DNA of 64,000 nucleotides, taken from NCBI GenBank assembly GCA_947177525.1, contig CAMWUW010000001.1, forward strand, positions 6,847 to 70,846. The letters run 5' to 3'. The notes beneath the pieces were generated by a model. The model did no database searches and was not told where the DNA came from. It worked only from the letters and a program-made list of their open reading frames with translations. This stretch comes from an uncultured Bacteroidales bacterium. Lineage in GTDB: Bacteria; Bacteroidota; Bacteroidia; Bacteroidales; UBA932. Shown piece by piece: positions 18,880-29,249 of the stretch. Position numbers and translations under genes: made by a program. Position 1 is the stretch's first letter, and every line of letters begins with the position of its first letter.

Positions 18880-20355
18880 ATGAAACATTTGAATTTTAGA
18901 AACATCCTTTTTGCCCTTGCAGGTACAATCGGATTGTTTGTTTCCTGTACCAAGGAGCCTGCGTCCGGCGGGAAAAATGACACAGATAATCCTGAACTTT
19001 CAGTGTCTGCAAGTGAACTTCAGTTCTCTGCATTCGGGGAAGAAAAGATATTTACAGTAACTGCTAACATGAGCGGCTTTACAGCTGAAGTTACAGCTGG
19101 TGATGAGGAATGGTGCCATGTCTCAATTGACGGAAATACGGTCAAGGTAGCCGCTGATAAGAATGAACTTCAGGAAATGCGCTCCACTACGGTGACAGTT
19201 ATGCTGAAGACTGTAAAGAAAAGGGTACGTGTCGAGCAGGAGGCTGCACCGTCTCAGGAAAATATGCCTAAGGTATTTGAACCTATGGCTTTTGACCAGT
19301 TCATTGACTCAAGGGTGTATAAAGTGATGGCAGAAGATGTACAGGTGGCCGAGATGTGCCGTGAGTACCTTTGTGCAGATGGTGTTGACAACCAGGCGAT
19401 AGTTGTCTATCCGGTTGTTGACGGAAAAGCCGTGCATACCAAAGGTATTGTGCTCTGCTTGCTGAATCAGGTCATGGACGGCCAGAAATATTCGGAAAGC
19501 TATACCGTGGCAGAGGGTAAAGTCCATGGAGGAACAGTTGCATTTGAGAATGATGCGCTGACTTCATATACGGCAGGAATCCAGGCCGCGGATGATATCA
19601 GATTCATTTGTCTGGACGAGAAAGGAGAACTCAAGCTTGTCTCTGAAAAGAAACCGGAAATGGTAGAGGCGACTGCTGTGGCCAAAACAGTGAAAGATGC
19701 ATCTGGCAATGTCTACGGCCTTGTAAAGATTGCTTCCCGCTATTGGCTTACAAGTGACTTGATTACTACTAAAGCTGCAGACGGTACGGACATCCCTCTT
19801 GAGACTGCTTTTGGTAATGGAGAAACTTGGGACAACACCACCAGGTCATATATCCCGTCAAAATTTGAGGGCAAAGGTAATCTTTATTCCTGTGCAGCCG
19901 GTGGATGGGCTTCCGGTGCATTCACGGACAGGATTTCTCCTGAAGGCTTTACAGTGCCGTCATCTGCCGTAATTGAAGCCATGAATGCCTATCTTGGCAA
20001 GACTGGTGACGGTGCGGATGAAGCTCAGAAAGCAGCAGGTAAAATCCGTGGTATCGGAGAGGCCGGAAACTGGCTGGACGTCTGGGAGGAACCTTGGAAG
20101 ACAACAGGCTCAAGCAATATCTCGGGACTCGGGCTTGCTGCACTCGGATACCGTTTCTTCCATAAGCTTGCATCTGACGGAGATGCTGCATACGAAGGTA
20201 CGCTTAGCGACACTTTCTATATGACTTCTGATGCGATGGAAAACGGACTGAAAGCCTGGCATGTCAGCGCCGGGTCTGTCAATTTTATGTGGGATGCCTG
20301 GGGTGGACCGGCTGTCGGTTCCATGTCGTTTGCCGTACGGTGTGTAAGTCTGTAA
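18880..20355 (+). CDS. BACON + Fibrobacter succinogenes major paralogous (FISUMP)-like surface lipoprotein
   Basis: Lipobox; BACON signature (WC.V...N....R...V.V......V.Q); KDASGNVY..VKI....W, GNLY, PEGF.VPS, terminal AVRCV. Confidence 0.75.
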   Translation: MKHLNFRNILFALAGTIGLFVSCTKEPASGGKNDTDNPELSVSASELQFSAFGEEKIFTVTANMSGFTAEVTAGDEEWCHVSIDGNTVKVAADKNELQEMRSTTVTVMLKTVKKRVRVEQEAAPSQENMPKVFEPMAFDQFIDSRVYKVMAEDVQVAEMCREYLCADGVDNQAIVVYPVVDGKAVHTKGIVLCLLNQVMDGQKYSESYTVAEGKVHGGTVAFENDALTSYTAGIQAADDIRFICLDEKGELKLVSEKKPEMVEATAVAKTVKDASGNVYGLVKIASRYWLTSDLITTKAADGTDIPLETAFGNGETWDNTTRSYIPSKFEGKGNLYSCAAGGWASGAFTDRISPEGFTVPSSAVIEAMNAYLGKTGDGADEAQKAAGKIRGIGEAGNWLDVWEEPWKTTGSSNISGLGLAALGYRFFHKLASDGDAAYEGTLSDTFYMTSDAMENGLKAWHVSAGSVNFMWDAWGGPAVGSMSFAVRCVSL

Positions 20356-20372
20356 ACTGATGATTTAAGTAT

Positions 20373-20411
20373 GATTTCTCCAATTGTCGTTCCAACGGAA
20401 TTGGAGAAATC
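20373..20411. terminator. Intra-operon stem-loop (attenuator or mRNA stabiliser)
   Basis: Perfect 13-bp stem GATTTCTCCAATT / AATTGGAGAAATC. Confidence 0.65.
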
Positions 20412-20420
20412 TGTTAATTG

Positions 20421-22523
20421 ATGAATATGAAATATAGTATAATTGTTTTTATATCATTATTGTTTTCGGTTGGTGCGGCAGCGTGTTCCCCGGTTAGGGG
20501 TGAAGGAATACAGCCGGATCGGGACATTAAAATGCCTGACGACGGCCTGATGATACCGCGGCCTATGGAGGCAAGACGCCTTGAAGGATATGTGGATATA
20601 TCCCAGCCGCTTTGTCTCAAGATAGATGCGCAGGATGATGTGGCGGAATCCCTTACGAAGTACCTTCGTACTTCTTCATTGTCAATAGTAGGTCCGGCAT
20701 TGTCCGATATGCCTCTGCTTCTGACAGTATCTGAAGATGAGAAACTTCCTTCTTCCGAGGAAGGCTATCATCTCGTGATAAGCAATGACGGCATTTCGAT
20801 AGAGGCAAGGGGGCGCGCCGGCCTGTTTTACGGTATTCAGACAATACTCCAGCTGAAGAATATGTACGGAGCGTCAATCCCTGCCTGGGAGATTACCGAC
20901 TGGCCCCGCTTCGGATACAGGGGAATGCACTTTGACCCTGTACGTCACTTCTTTTCCAAGGATTTCTTAAAGAAGCAAATCCGTATGATGGCATCCTTGA
21001 AAATGAACAGGCTGCATCTGCATCTTACCGATAATGAGGGCTGGAGACTTCAGATATCAAAATACCCGCGATTGACCCAGTACGGTGCATGGAGACTGGG
21101 GGACATTTGGGATGATTGGAACAAAACAGGACGCCGGTTTGTAAATCAGGGGACAGCAGGAGCATACGGAGGTTACTTTTCCATTGAGGACATGAAAGAA
21201 ATAGTAGCCTATGCGAAGGAACGCAATATCACTGTCATACCGGAAATCGAGATGCCCGGACATGCCTTTGCCATGACTGCTTCATATCCTGAACTGGCCT
21301 GCGTCTCCAATGAATTTTCTCCGGTAGGAGAGATTTGCATAGGCAAGGACAGCACTATAGAATTCCTTAAGGATGTCCTTACCGAGGTAATGGAAATATT
21401 CCCTTCCGAATACATCCATTTGGGAGGAGACGAATATTCTATAGACTATTGGGCAAAATGTCCTGATTGCCGGAGGAAGATGGCGGAAATGGGATTCACT
21501 GATGCACACCAGCTTCACGGATACCTTTTCCGTACTATGGAAGAGTTTCTTGCCGGTCACGGACGCCGTCTGATAGGCTGGGACGAGATGCTTACAGGAG
21601 GTATAGCTCCTGATGCCACCCTGATGTCATGGCAGGATGAAAAGGCCGGACAGGCTGCTGCTCTTGCCGGACATGATGTGATTATGACTCCTGGTGAGTA
21701 TTGCTATTTTGACGGATGCCAGGATTCTCCGGAGAAAGAGTTCCGGACTCCTGATTCTCCTCCGGCATTGTGGAATTTTCTTACGCTTCAGCGTGTCTAT
21801 TCATACGACCCGGCTCCTCTTTCTATGCAAGGACGGGAAAGGGTACTTGGAGTGCAGGCGTGCTCATGGTCTGAATGGATGCCAAACGAAAAGCGTGTGG
21901 AGTATATGATATATCCGCGTATGTTCGCTCTTGCAGAGGTGGCATGGAGTAACCTTAATGAGCACAGGGATTATACCGAATTCCGCCGGAGAGCACTTCG
22001 TTTATGCGACTGGGCAAGAAATGAAGGATACAATACATTTGACCTGGCTAATGAAATAGGTGAACGTCCCTCTTCCCTTAAGGCTACTGAACATCTCGGT
22101 TACGGGTGTGAGGTCAAGTACAATAAGCCATGGCTGCCTGATTTCCCTTGCGACGGCGTCAAGTCCATGACAGACGGCATCCACGGAAAGTGGACCTACC
22201 GTGTGAATTGGCAGGGTTTCAAGGAAATGGACGTTGTCATAGATTTGGGTGAATCCAAGACCGTCAAGGAAGTTCGTGCGGACTTCATGCAGTATGCTGA
22301 CGACAGAGTTGTTCTTCCGGGAAAGATTGTGATAAGCTGTTCCGAAGACGGGAAAAACTATACGGAACTGCTGTCTTTGGATAATCCATACGATGTCTAC
22401 AAGTACCTTTATAGGACGTACGGGTGGAAAGGTGCAGAACGTAAGGTCAGGTATGTCAGGCTTCAGGCATCACCTGCACTGGAAGGTGGATCCGTATTTT
22501 GTGATGAAGTGGAAATCTGGTAG
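20421..22523 (+). CDS. GH20 beta-N-acetylhexosaminidase with C-terminal F5/8-like domain
   Basis: Motifs DWPRFGYRG, HLHLTDNEGWR, PEIEMPGH, HLGGDE, GWDE, YPR..ALAE. Confidence 0.95.
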   Translation: MNMKYSIIVFISLLFSVGAAACSPVRGEGIQPDRDIKMPDDGLMIPRPMEARRLEGYVDISQPLCLKIDAQDDVAESLTKYLRTSSLSIVGPALSDMPLLLTVSEDEKLPSSEEGYHLVISNDGISIEARGRAGLFYGIQTILQLKNMYGASIPAWEITDWPRFGYRGMHFDPVRHFFSKDFLKKQIRMMASLKMNRLHLHLTDNEGWRLQISKYPRLTQYGAWRLGDIWDDWNKTGRRFVNQGTAGAYGGYFSIEDMKEIVAYAKERNITVIPEIEMPGHAFAMTASYPELACVSNEFSPVGEICIGKDSTIEFLKDVLTEVMEIFPSEYIHLGGDEYSIDYWAKCPDCRRKMAEMGFTDAHQLHGYLFRTMEEFLAGHGRRLIGWDEMLTGGIAPDATLMSWQDEKAGQAAALAGHDVIMTPGEYCYFDGCQDSPEKEFRTPDSPPALWNFLTLQRVYSYDPAPLSMQGRERVLGVQACSWSEWMPNEKRVEYMIYPRMFALAEVAWSNLNEHRDYTEFRRRALRLCDWARNEGYNTFDLANEIGERPSSLKATEHLGYGCEVKYNKPWLPDFPCDGVKSMTDGIHGKWTYRVNWQGFKEMDVVIDLGESKTVKEVRADFMQYADDRVVLPGKIVISCSEDGKNYTELLSLDNPYDVYKYLYRTYGWKGAERKVRYVRLQASPALEGGSVFCDEVEIW

Positions 22524-22562
22524 AAATACCGGATTTCCTTTAAATGAAAATCAGTCTTGTTT

Positions 22563-24875
22563 ATGAAAAGAAACCTCTTTTTATTTTTGTGTCTGATGAC
22601 CGTCCTATCTTGCGGAAAGCAGACAATTGCGGATTATGATGTCATTCCGCGCATACAGCAGATTACAACCGTTGACGACGGGACATTCATTCTTGACAGG
22701 TCCGTAAAGCTGATATATGTAGGTCAGTCGTGCCGGCCGGTTCTTGATATGTTCGCTGACGGTCTGGAACATTTTACCGGTATAAGGGTTTCCGTACAGC
22801 CTGGAACGCTTGCGGACGCGTCAGGCAATATGTTTTTCAGTCTCGGTATGGAGGACGAAAGGGAAGAGGTTTACAGCATTAAAGTCGCTCCTGAAGGCGT
22901 TATGGTGCAGGCGGTGACCGAAGAGGGGCTTTACAGGGCAACACAGACTCTTCTGAAATCGGCAGGTATGGAAAAGGCCTCTTCGGTTGTATTTCCTGCG
23001 GCCGAGATACTTGACTGGCCGCGTTTTGGATATAGGGGGCTGATGCTTGATGTATGCCGTCATTTCTCCGATGTGGATATGGTGAAACGTACCATTGATA
23101 TGCTGGCTCTTCACAATCTCAATGTCTTCCACTGGCATCTGACGGATGACCAGGGATGGAGGATTGAAATCAAGAGCCATCCCGAACTTACGGAAACAGG
23201 AGCCTGGAGAGACGATACTGTCGTGGGACGTTATCTGGGAGGTACGGACTATCCTACGGACGGGAAACGTCATGGAGGCTTCTATACTCAGGAACAGATA
23301 AAGGAAGTCGTGGAGTATGCAAAGGAAAGGTTCATCAAGATAATTCCTGAAGTCGATTTGCCTGGGCATACTTCAGCCGTGCTTGCTGCATATCCGCATC
23401 TCGGCTGTCTGGAAAAGGAGTATAAGGTGGCCAACAGGTGGGGTGTCCTCAAGGATGTCATCTGTGCAGGCAATCCTGCTTCCCTTCAGCTGTTCAAGGA
23501 TGTCATGGACGAGGTCTGCGGACTTTTCCCGGGAGAGTTCATACATCTTGGAGGCGATGAGTGTGTAAAGGAAAGATGGCAGTCATGTCCCAAGTGCCAG
23601 GAAAAAATAAAGGAGTTGGGCCTATCGGACGGTGAGGGATATTCAAAGGAAGATTATCTGCAGAGCTGGTTCATGGGAGAGATTGCCTCCTATGTACAGG
23701 CCAAGGGAAAACGGGTGATAGGATGGGATGAAATCCTTGAAGGCGTGCCTATGCAGAATTCGGTGATCATGTCATGGCGAGGTACTGAAGGCGGCATTGC
23801 CGCGGCAAAGATGGGACATGATGTAGTCATGACCCCGACATCCTATATGTATTTCGACCAGAGCCAGACCCTTGATAGCCATCTTGAAGAGATACCGGTC
23901 GGCGGATATATAAATGTCATGAAGGTCTACTCATACGAGCCTGTTCCGCAGTCGCTTTCGGCGGAAGAGCAGAAGCATATCCTCGGATGCCAGGCAAATG
24001 TGTGGCGTGAATATATACCGGACGAAAGGATATGCCAGTATCAGATTCTGCCAAGGCTTGCCGCGCTGTCGGAAGTCCAGTGGACTATGCCTGAGCGGAA
24101 AGATTATGATGATTTTCTTGGCAGATTGCCTGAAATGCTGTCTGTATATGAAAAGTCAGGCTATAATTATGCAAGACACATATTCGATGTTGCATGCAGC
24201 TATGCAGTGGATGTACAGGACGGTTGTATAGAGGTATCGTTGTCAACGTTGGGCAATGACCCTATTTACTATACACTGGACGGGACCTCTCCCCAGTCTC
24301 CGGATGCTGTACTCTATGACGGGACACCGATAAGGATTGCGGGACCTGCAGAACTTAAGGTCTCAGTGTTCAGGAACGGCAGCTATTCAGAGGAAAGCAT
24401 TGTCTTAAAGACAGATTGCAATAAGGCTACTTTTAAGCCTGTGCATATTTCCACTCCTTTGAATATAATGCAGGCACATCTTCAGCATGAAATACTCACG
24501 GACGGCGTTACCGGCTCTCTCCGTTGCGATGACTACCGTTGGATGAGCTGCACCGGTACCATGTCTTTAGTTTTGGACCTGGGAAAAAAGGAAACATTCC
24601 GTAAGGTGGGATGGACAGCTTTGAATTCCCAGGCGGAGAATATAATTGTCCCTGCACATATCCGGATTCTGGTTTCTGATGACGGGGACAATTACAGGAC
24701 GGTAGCCGATGTGGAGAGAAATCATGTCTATCCGGGGCAGCAGTCGATAGAATATGACAGTGAAGATGTCGGAATGCAGTCTGCACGTTATGTAAAGATG
24801 ATTTTCAATTCATATGCGTATGCAGACCGTACGGTGCCTTCCTGGGTGTTCCTTAGTGAACTGACTGTAGCATAA
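22563..24875 (+). CDS. GH20 beta-N-acetylhexosaminidase
   Basis: Motifs HWHLTDDQGWRIEIK, PEVDLPGH, HLGGDE, GWDE, IYYTLDGT.P (FN3-associated). Confidence 0.95.
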   Translation: MKRNLFLFLCLMTVLSCGKQTIADYDVIPRIQQITTVDDGTFILDRSVKLIYVGQSCRPVLDMFADGLEHFTGIRVSVQPGTLADASGNMFFSLGMEDEREEVYSIKVAPEGVMVQAVTEEGLYRATQTLLKSAGMEKASSVVFPAAEILDWPRFGYRGLMLDVCRHFSDVDMVKRTIDMLALHNLNVFHWHLTDDQGWRIEIKSHPELTETGAWRDDTVVGRYLGGTDYPTDGKRHGGFYTQEQIKEVVEYAKERFIKIIPEVDLPGHTSAVLAAYPHLGCLEKEYKVANRWGVLKDVICAGNPASLQLFKDVMDEVCGLFPGEFIHLGGDECVKERWQSCPKCQEKIKELGLSDGEGYSKEDYLQSWFMGEIASYVQAKGKRVIGWDEILEGVPMQNSVIMSWRGTEGGIAAAKMGHDVVMTPTSYMYFDQSQTLDSHLEEIPVGGYINVMKVYSYEPVPQSLSAEEQKHILGCQANVWREYIPDERICQYQILPRLAALSEVQWTMPERKDYDDFLGRLPEMLSVYEKSGYNYARHIFDVACSYAVDVQDGCIEVSLSTLGNDPIYYTLDGTSPQSPDAVLYDGTPIRIAGPAELKVSVFRNGSYSEESIVLKTDCNKATFKPVHISTPLNIMQAHLQHEILTDGVTGSLRCDDYRWMSCTGTMSLVLDLGKKETFRKVGWTALNSQAENIIVPAHIRILVSDDGDNYRTVADVERNHVYPGQQSIEYDSEDVGMQSARYVKMIFNSYAYADRTVPSWVFLSELTVA

Positions 24876-24896
24876 TTAAAATTCAGAGCAGATTAT

Positions 24897-27116
24897 ATGT
24901 CATATTACGCAAAACTCTTATTGATACCCATATTGTCAGTGCTTGCATGCAGTTGTGTCCCGGACAATTCTCCTGCAGTGATGAAAGAACTGACGGAAAG
25001 GCTTTTCCCTGAACATGCAGATGAGTTCAGGTTCGGATTCATTGAAGGAGTGCCGGCTGACAGCATGGATGTCTTCTCGATAGAGTCATATAGGGGCAAG
25101 GTCCTGATTAAAGGAAATTCAACCAATTCCATGGCTGTGGGCCTTAACCATTATCTGAAGAATTATTGCAATACAAGGGTCTCCTGGTATGCTTCTGACA
25201 AGGTCTGCATGCCAGCCGTTATGCCTCTCCCGAAAGAGAAAGTGGTATTGCATTCCAGATGCAAGAACCGTTTTTTTCTGAATTATTGCACTTTCGGCTA
25301 TACTATGCCGTTCTGGAAATGGTCTGATTGGGAGAGACTTATCGACTGGATGGCGTTGAATGGAGTGACCATGCCGCTGGCGATTACCGGCCAGGAATCT
25401 GTCTGGTACAATGTCTGGCGTGAAATGGGATTGTCGGATAAAGAAATACGTTCTTATTTCACCGGTCCGGCACATCTTCCTTGGCATAGGATGTCAAATG
25501 TGGACTATTGGCAGAGTCCCTTGCCGGAGTCTTGGCTTGAGGACCAGGAAATCCTTCAGAAAAAGATATTGGAAAGGGAGAGGGCTTTTGCCATGAAGCC
25601 TGTACTTCCTGCCTTTGCCGGTCATGTGCCGGCTGAATTGAAAAATGTCAGGCCGGACGCAAAAATCTATACGATGAGTCAGTGGGGCGGTTATGACGAT
25701 AAGTACAGAAGCCATTTCATTGATCCGGAAGATCCTCTCTATGCTGAAATCCAGAGACGCTTTATTGAAGAGCAGACACGTATTTACGGTACAGACCATA
25801 TTTATGGAATAGACCCGTTCAATGAGGTGGATTCTCCTGACTGGAACGAAGAGTTCCTGTCCAATGTATCAAAGAAGATTTATGGCTCGATAAAAGATGT
25901 GGATGATGAGGCTGTATGGCTTCAGATGACATGGATGTTCTATCACGCAGCAGAAAAATGGACACCTTCAAGAATCCGGTCTTTCCTTGATGCCGTACCT
26001 GACAACAGGCTGGTTCTTCTTGATTACTACTGTGATTTTGAGGAAATCTGGAGACGGACTGAAAGCTATTACGGAAAACCTTATCTCTGGTGCTATCTGG
26101 GCAATTTCGGTGGAAATACCATGCTTGCAGGAGACATTGACGATGTGGACACCAAGATTACAAGGCTTTTTGAAGAAGGCGGTGACAATGTCTATGGTCT
26201 TGGAGTTACTTTGGAGGCTCTTGATGTCAATCCTATGATGTATGAATATGTCTTTGACAGGGCGTGGACAATGGATATGACGACATGCGGGTGGATGGAA
26301 AACTGGGCACGCTGCCGGGGCGGCGATGAAAGCCCGGCTGTCATTGAAGCATGGAAAAGGCTTCATAAAGAAATATACACCAGGCCGGCACTTTGCGGGC
26401 AGGCAGTGCTGATTAATGCAAGGCCTCAATTGGAGGGAGTCCAGGGATGGAATACGCATCCGGAGATACATTACGACAATGCGGCCTTATGGGAAATCTG
26501 GAAACTTCTGCTTTCTGCCGGAGACATGGACAATGATTTGTACAGATATGATGTTGTAAATATCGGGCGGCAGGTTCTCGGAAATCTGTTTTCCGGCTTG
26601 CGTGACCGTTTTACTGAGTGTTACCTGGCTGGAGATATTGAAAATGCGGAAAAGACGGCTGCAATGATGGATGAGCTGATTCTGGACACCGACAGGCTTC
26701 TTGCATGTTCGGTTGAACTCAATATCGGCAAATGGATCAGGGATGCCAGGGATTTCGGCCGGACTGATGAAGAGAAAAGATATTATGAGGAAAATGCGAG
26801 ATGTATAGTTACTGTATGGGGACAGAAGGGGACACAGCTCAATGACTATGCAAACAGAGGATGGGCCGGACTGACCGGAAGTTTTTATCGCAATCGCTGG
26901 AACCGGTTTACATCGGCGGTCATAAGTGCAATGAAGAATGGTGAACGCTTCTCGCAGGAAGAATTCCAGAAAGATATAATTGAATTTGAATATCAGTGGA
27001 CTCTGCAACAGGAGGAGTTCCCTGTCACGTCTGGAGAAAATCCCTATAATGTAGCTTCCGGACTCCTCAGAAAGTATGCTGCCTCTTTTCCCGAAGAATG
27101 TCCTGCGTCTGTCTGA
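24897..27116 (+). CDS. GH89 alpha-N-acetylglucosaminidase
   Basis: Motifs NYCTFGYTM, WERLIDWMALNG, PVLPAFAGHVP, DPFNE, NFGG, DYANRGWAG. Confidence 0.95.
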   Translation: MSYYAKLLLIPILSVLACSCVPDNSPAVMKELTERLFPEHADEFRFGFIEGVPADSMDVFSIESYRGKVLIKGNSTNSMAVGLNHYLKNYCNTRVSWYASDKVCMPAVMPLPKEKVVLHSRCKNRFFLNYCTFGYTMPFWKWSDWERLIDWMALNGVTMPLAITGQESVWYNVWREMGLSDKEIRSYFTGPAHLPWHRMSNVDYWQSPLPESWLEDQEILQKKILERERAFAMKPVLPAFAGHVPAELKNVRPDAKIYTMSQWGGYDDKYRSHFIDPEDPLYAEIQRRFIEEQTRIYGTDHIYGIDPFNEVDSPDWNEEFLSNVSKKIYGSIKDVDDEAVWLQMTWMFYHAAEKWTPSRIRSFLDAVPDNRLVLLDYYCDFEEIWRRTESYYGKPYLWCYLGNFGGNTMLAGDIDDVDTKITRLFEEGGDNVYGLGVTLEALDVNPMMYEYVFDRAWTMDMTTCGWMENWARCRGGDESPAVIEAWKRLHKEIYTRPALCGQAVLINARPQLEGVQGWNTHPEIHYDNAALWEIWKLLLSAGDMDNDLYRYDVVNIGRQVLGNLFSGLRDRFTECYLAGDIENAEKTAAMMDELILDTDRLLACSVELNIGKWIRDARDFGRTDEEKRYYEENARCIVTVWGQKGTQLNDYANRGWAGLTGSFYRNRWNRFTSAVISAMKNGERFSQEEFQKDIIEFEYQWTLQQEEFPVTSGENPYNVASGLLRKYAASFPEECPASV

Positions 27117-27119
27117 TGT

Positions 27120-27293
27120 CCGGAAATTAAGCCGTGGCTGACCTCACCGAAAACCAAGCAAAAGAGTGTGACCAAAAGTCAGAATAACCCTCTGGGGATT
27201 GAATATTCGGAAATGAAGTTGTGGCTGACTTCACCGAAAACCAAGCAAAAAGGGCTTGACTAAAAATATTAGTCAGGCCCCTTTGTTTGGTTT
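27120..27293. repeat. Imperfect direct repeat (87-bp period) merging into a long hairpin between convergent genes
   Basis: GTGGCTGAC(C/T)TCACCGAAAACCAAGCAAAA at 27134 and 27221; ~25-bp imperfect stem 27238-27293. Confidence 0.8.
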
Positions 27294-27322
27294 ACAGTGG
27301 ATTATATTCTGTTGGATAATCT

Positions 27323-27883
27323 TTAAATCAGGCCGGAAGGAATGTCCATTATAATTTCATGATTTTCAGGGTCAACTGATATTATGAGATCTTCATGAAA
27401 CGGTATCATTACCATGCCTTTTTCAGTTTCGGCCTCTATGCACGGATTGTTTGGAATGTCCAGATAGTCAGTTATTGTGCCGACTTCCTCCACTTCAATC
27501 TCATCTTCCAGGATTTCGCTGCCGTCACCTTCATTTACAGGAGCCGACAATGTCCATCCTACGAGAGCAGCAAAGCCGTCTTTGCTGATGTCAAGTTCAT
27601 CGTTTCCGCATGATTGCATGAAAACAGGTTTGCCTGCAATCTCTTCGGCATCTTCCTGTGAACAAATGCCAGTCAGGCGCACTATAGCCTTTTTCGTCCC
27701 TCTGCGTGAGAAAGATTCGATAAAAAAAGGAACCGGCAGTCCATCAAAAATGATGAATACCGGTTCATTTTGTCCGATTTCTTCCGGACCGATTTCACGG
27801 AAGCTCATCACAAGCTCCCCATCGGTACCGTTGGATTTCAACACCTGGGCTATCTGCAGCAAATTATGTACTGCATCTGACAT
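27323..27883 (-). CDS. rimM: 16S rRNA processing protein RimM
   Basis: Motifs KSNGTDGE, DGLPVPFFI, IPFHEDLI..VD, P.GL; immediately downstream of rpsP. Confidence 0.9.
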   Translation of the reverse strand: MSDAVHNLLQIAQVLKSNGTDGELVMSFREIGPEEIGQNEPVFIIFDGLPVPFFIESFSRRGTKKAIVRLTGICSQEDAEEIAGKPVFMQSCGNDELDISKDGFAALVGWTLSAPVNEGDGSEILEDEIEVEEVGTITDYLDIPNNPCIEAETEKGMVMIPFHEDLIISVDPENHEIIMDIPSGLI

Positions 27884-28450
27884 TTACGCCTCAGTGTTTT
27901 CTGCTGGTGCCTCCTCTGCTGCAGCAGCTGCTTCCTGTGCGGCTTTTTCTGCTGCTGCGGCTTCTGCAGCTGCGCGGGCAGCCTCTTCAGCCTCTGCTTT
28001 CTTCTTGGCAAGAGCCTCTGCCCTTTCCTGGTTTACCTTGGCCTCAGCCTCAGCTGCAGCCTTAGCTTTTGTGTCGGCATCTTTTGCAAGACCAGCTTTC
28101 TTTGCATTGATCTTTGCGTCTTTCTCAGCTTTCCATGCCTCGAATTTCTTGTCGGCCTGCTCCTGGGTGAGAGCTCCCTTTGCTACTCCGCCCTGAAGGT
28201 GCTTTTTGAGAAGCACTCCCTCGTATGAAAGGATGCGTTTTGCTGTAAGGGTAGGCTGTGCTCCTACGTTAAGCCATGCAAGTGCCCTGTCTGCTTTGAG
28301 GACAATTGTAGCAGGATTAGTGTTAGGATTGTAAGAGCCTATCTGCTCAATGAAGCGACCGTCACGAGGTGCGCGTGAATCTGCCACTACAATGTGAAAG
28401 AATGCGAAATTCTTTTTTCCGTGGCGCTGAAGACGAATTTTAACAGCCAT
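27884..28450 (-). CDS. rpsP: 30S ribosomal protein S16
   Basis: [13 protein letters not shown]...[22 protein letters not shown], with a Bacteroidetes-type Ala/Glu/Lys tail. Confidence 0.98.
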   Translation of the reverse strand: MAVKIRLQRHGKKNFAFFHIVVADSRAPRDGRFIEQIGSYNPNTNPATIVLKADRALAWLNVGAQPTLTAKRILSYEGVLLKKHLQGGVAKGALTQEQADKKFEAWKAEKDAKINAKKAGLAKDADTKAKAAAEAEAKVNQERAEALAKKKAEAEEAARAAAEAAAAEKAAQEAAAAAEEAPAENTEA

Positions 28451-28565
28451 TGTTAATCTGTTTTTAAATGTTTAATAATATTTCATATTTCCTGCTCGAG
28501 GAAAATCATGCAAAATTATGAAATAATCCTTATATTTGCAACCGCACACATTAATTATCCTGAAA

Positions 28566-29036
28566 ATGAGAAAATTCTTATTGGTTTTGCCGGTTTTGTT
28601 GGCCTATTTTTCGTTGTCTTTGCACGTCTGCTGTGCACAGCAGAATCTCAATGGAGAAGCTGACAATATTCTTGGTGTGTATGAGGCTTCGCATCAAGGG
28701 GAAAGCTGCAAGGTGAGGGTTACCAAGGAGGACGGAGGAACATATATGGCACAGGTGTTCTGGGTTGACAACCGCCTTGACAAGAAAGGAAACGTGAGGC
28801 TTGACGATAAAAATCCGGACAAGTCTCTGCGTCATGTGGAATGTGACAAGATTGTTTTGATTACCGGTCTTAGATATGATGAATCAAAGCAAAAATGGTC
28901 CGATACCAAAATCTATGATCCGACAAGAGGAATAAGGGCAAATGTCGTATGTGAGTTCAGACCGGATGGCCTGTTGCGTGTGAAAGGATCACTGTTGGGC
29001 TTTTCGCAGTCTGTATATTGGAGGAAACTGGACTGA
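28566..29036 (+). CDS. DUF2147-family secreted protein
   Basis: Signal peptide; motifs D.KNPD.SLR, W....IYDP..G, L.VKG, terminal W.K. Confidence 0.8.
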   Translation: MRKFLLVLPVLLAYFSLSLHVCCAQQNLNGEADNILGVYEASHQGESCKVRVTKEDGGTYMAQVFWVDNRLDKKGNVRLDDKNPDKSLRHVECDKIVLITGLRYDESKQKWSDTKIYDPTRGIRANVVCEFRPDGLLRVKGSLLGFSQSVYWRKLD

Positions 29037-29203
29037 TTCCGGAAAGGTGGTCTCTGAATCAAAGTGATTCTGTTGCTGCTGTCAGGAAGCAGTTGTCCTG
29101 ATTCAGGAAAGTCCGACAGGACAGTTTACTGTTAACAGGAAGGGCTATGCAGATCCGGAATAGTGAAAAATTACACTTTCTTTCCATTTTTTTTGTAAAA
29201 ATA

Positions 29204-29234
29204 TTTGCAGGTTCAAAATTTTGTAGTACCTTTG
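29204..29234 (+). promoter_or_regulatory. Bacteroidetes sigma-A-type promoter of tRNA-Leu
   Basis: TTTG (29204-29207), 19 nt, then TACCTTTG (29227-29234). Confidence 0.75.
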
Positions 29235-29249
29235 CATTCCCGATTCAAA

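Noticed and set aside
27884-28150. Low-complexity Ala/Glu/Lys tail of S16
   Set aside because: An ordinary feature of Bacteroidetes S16.
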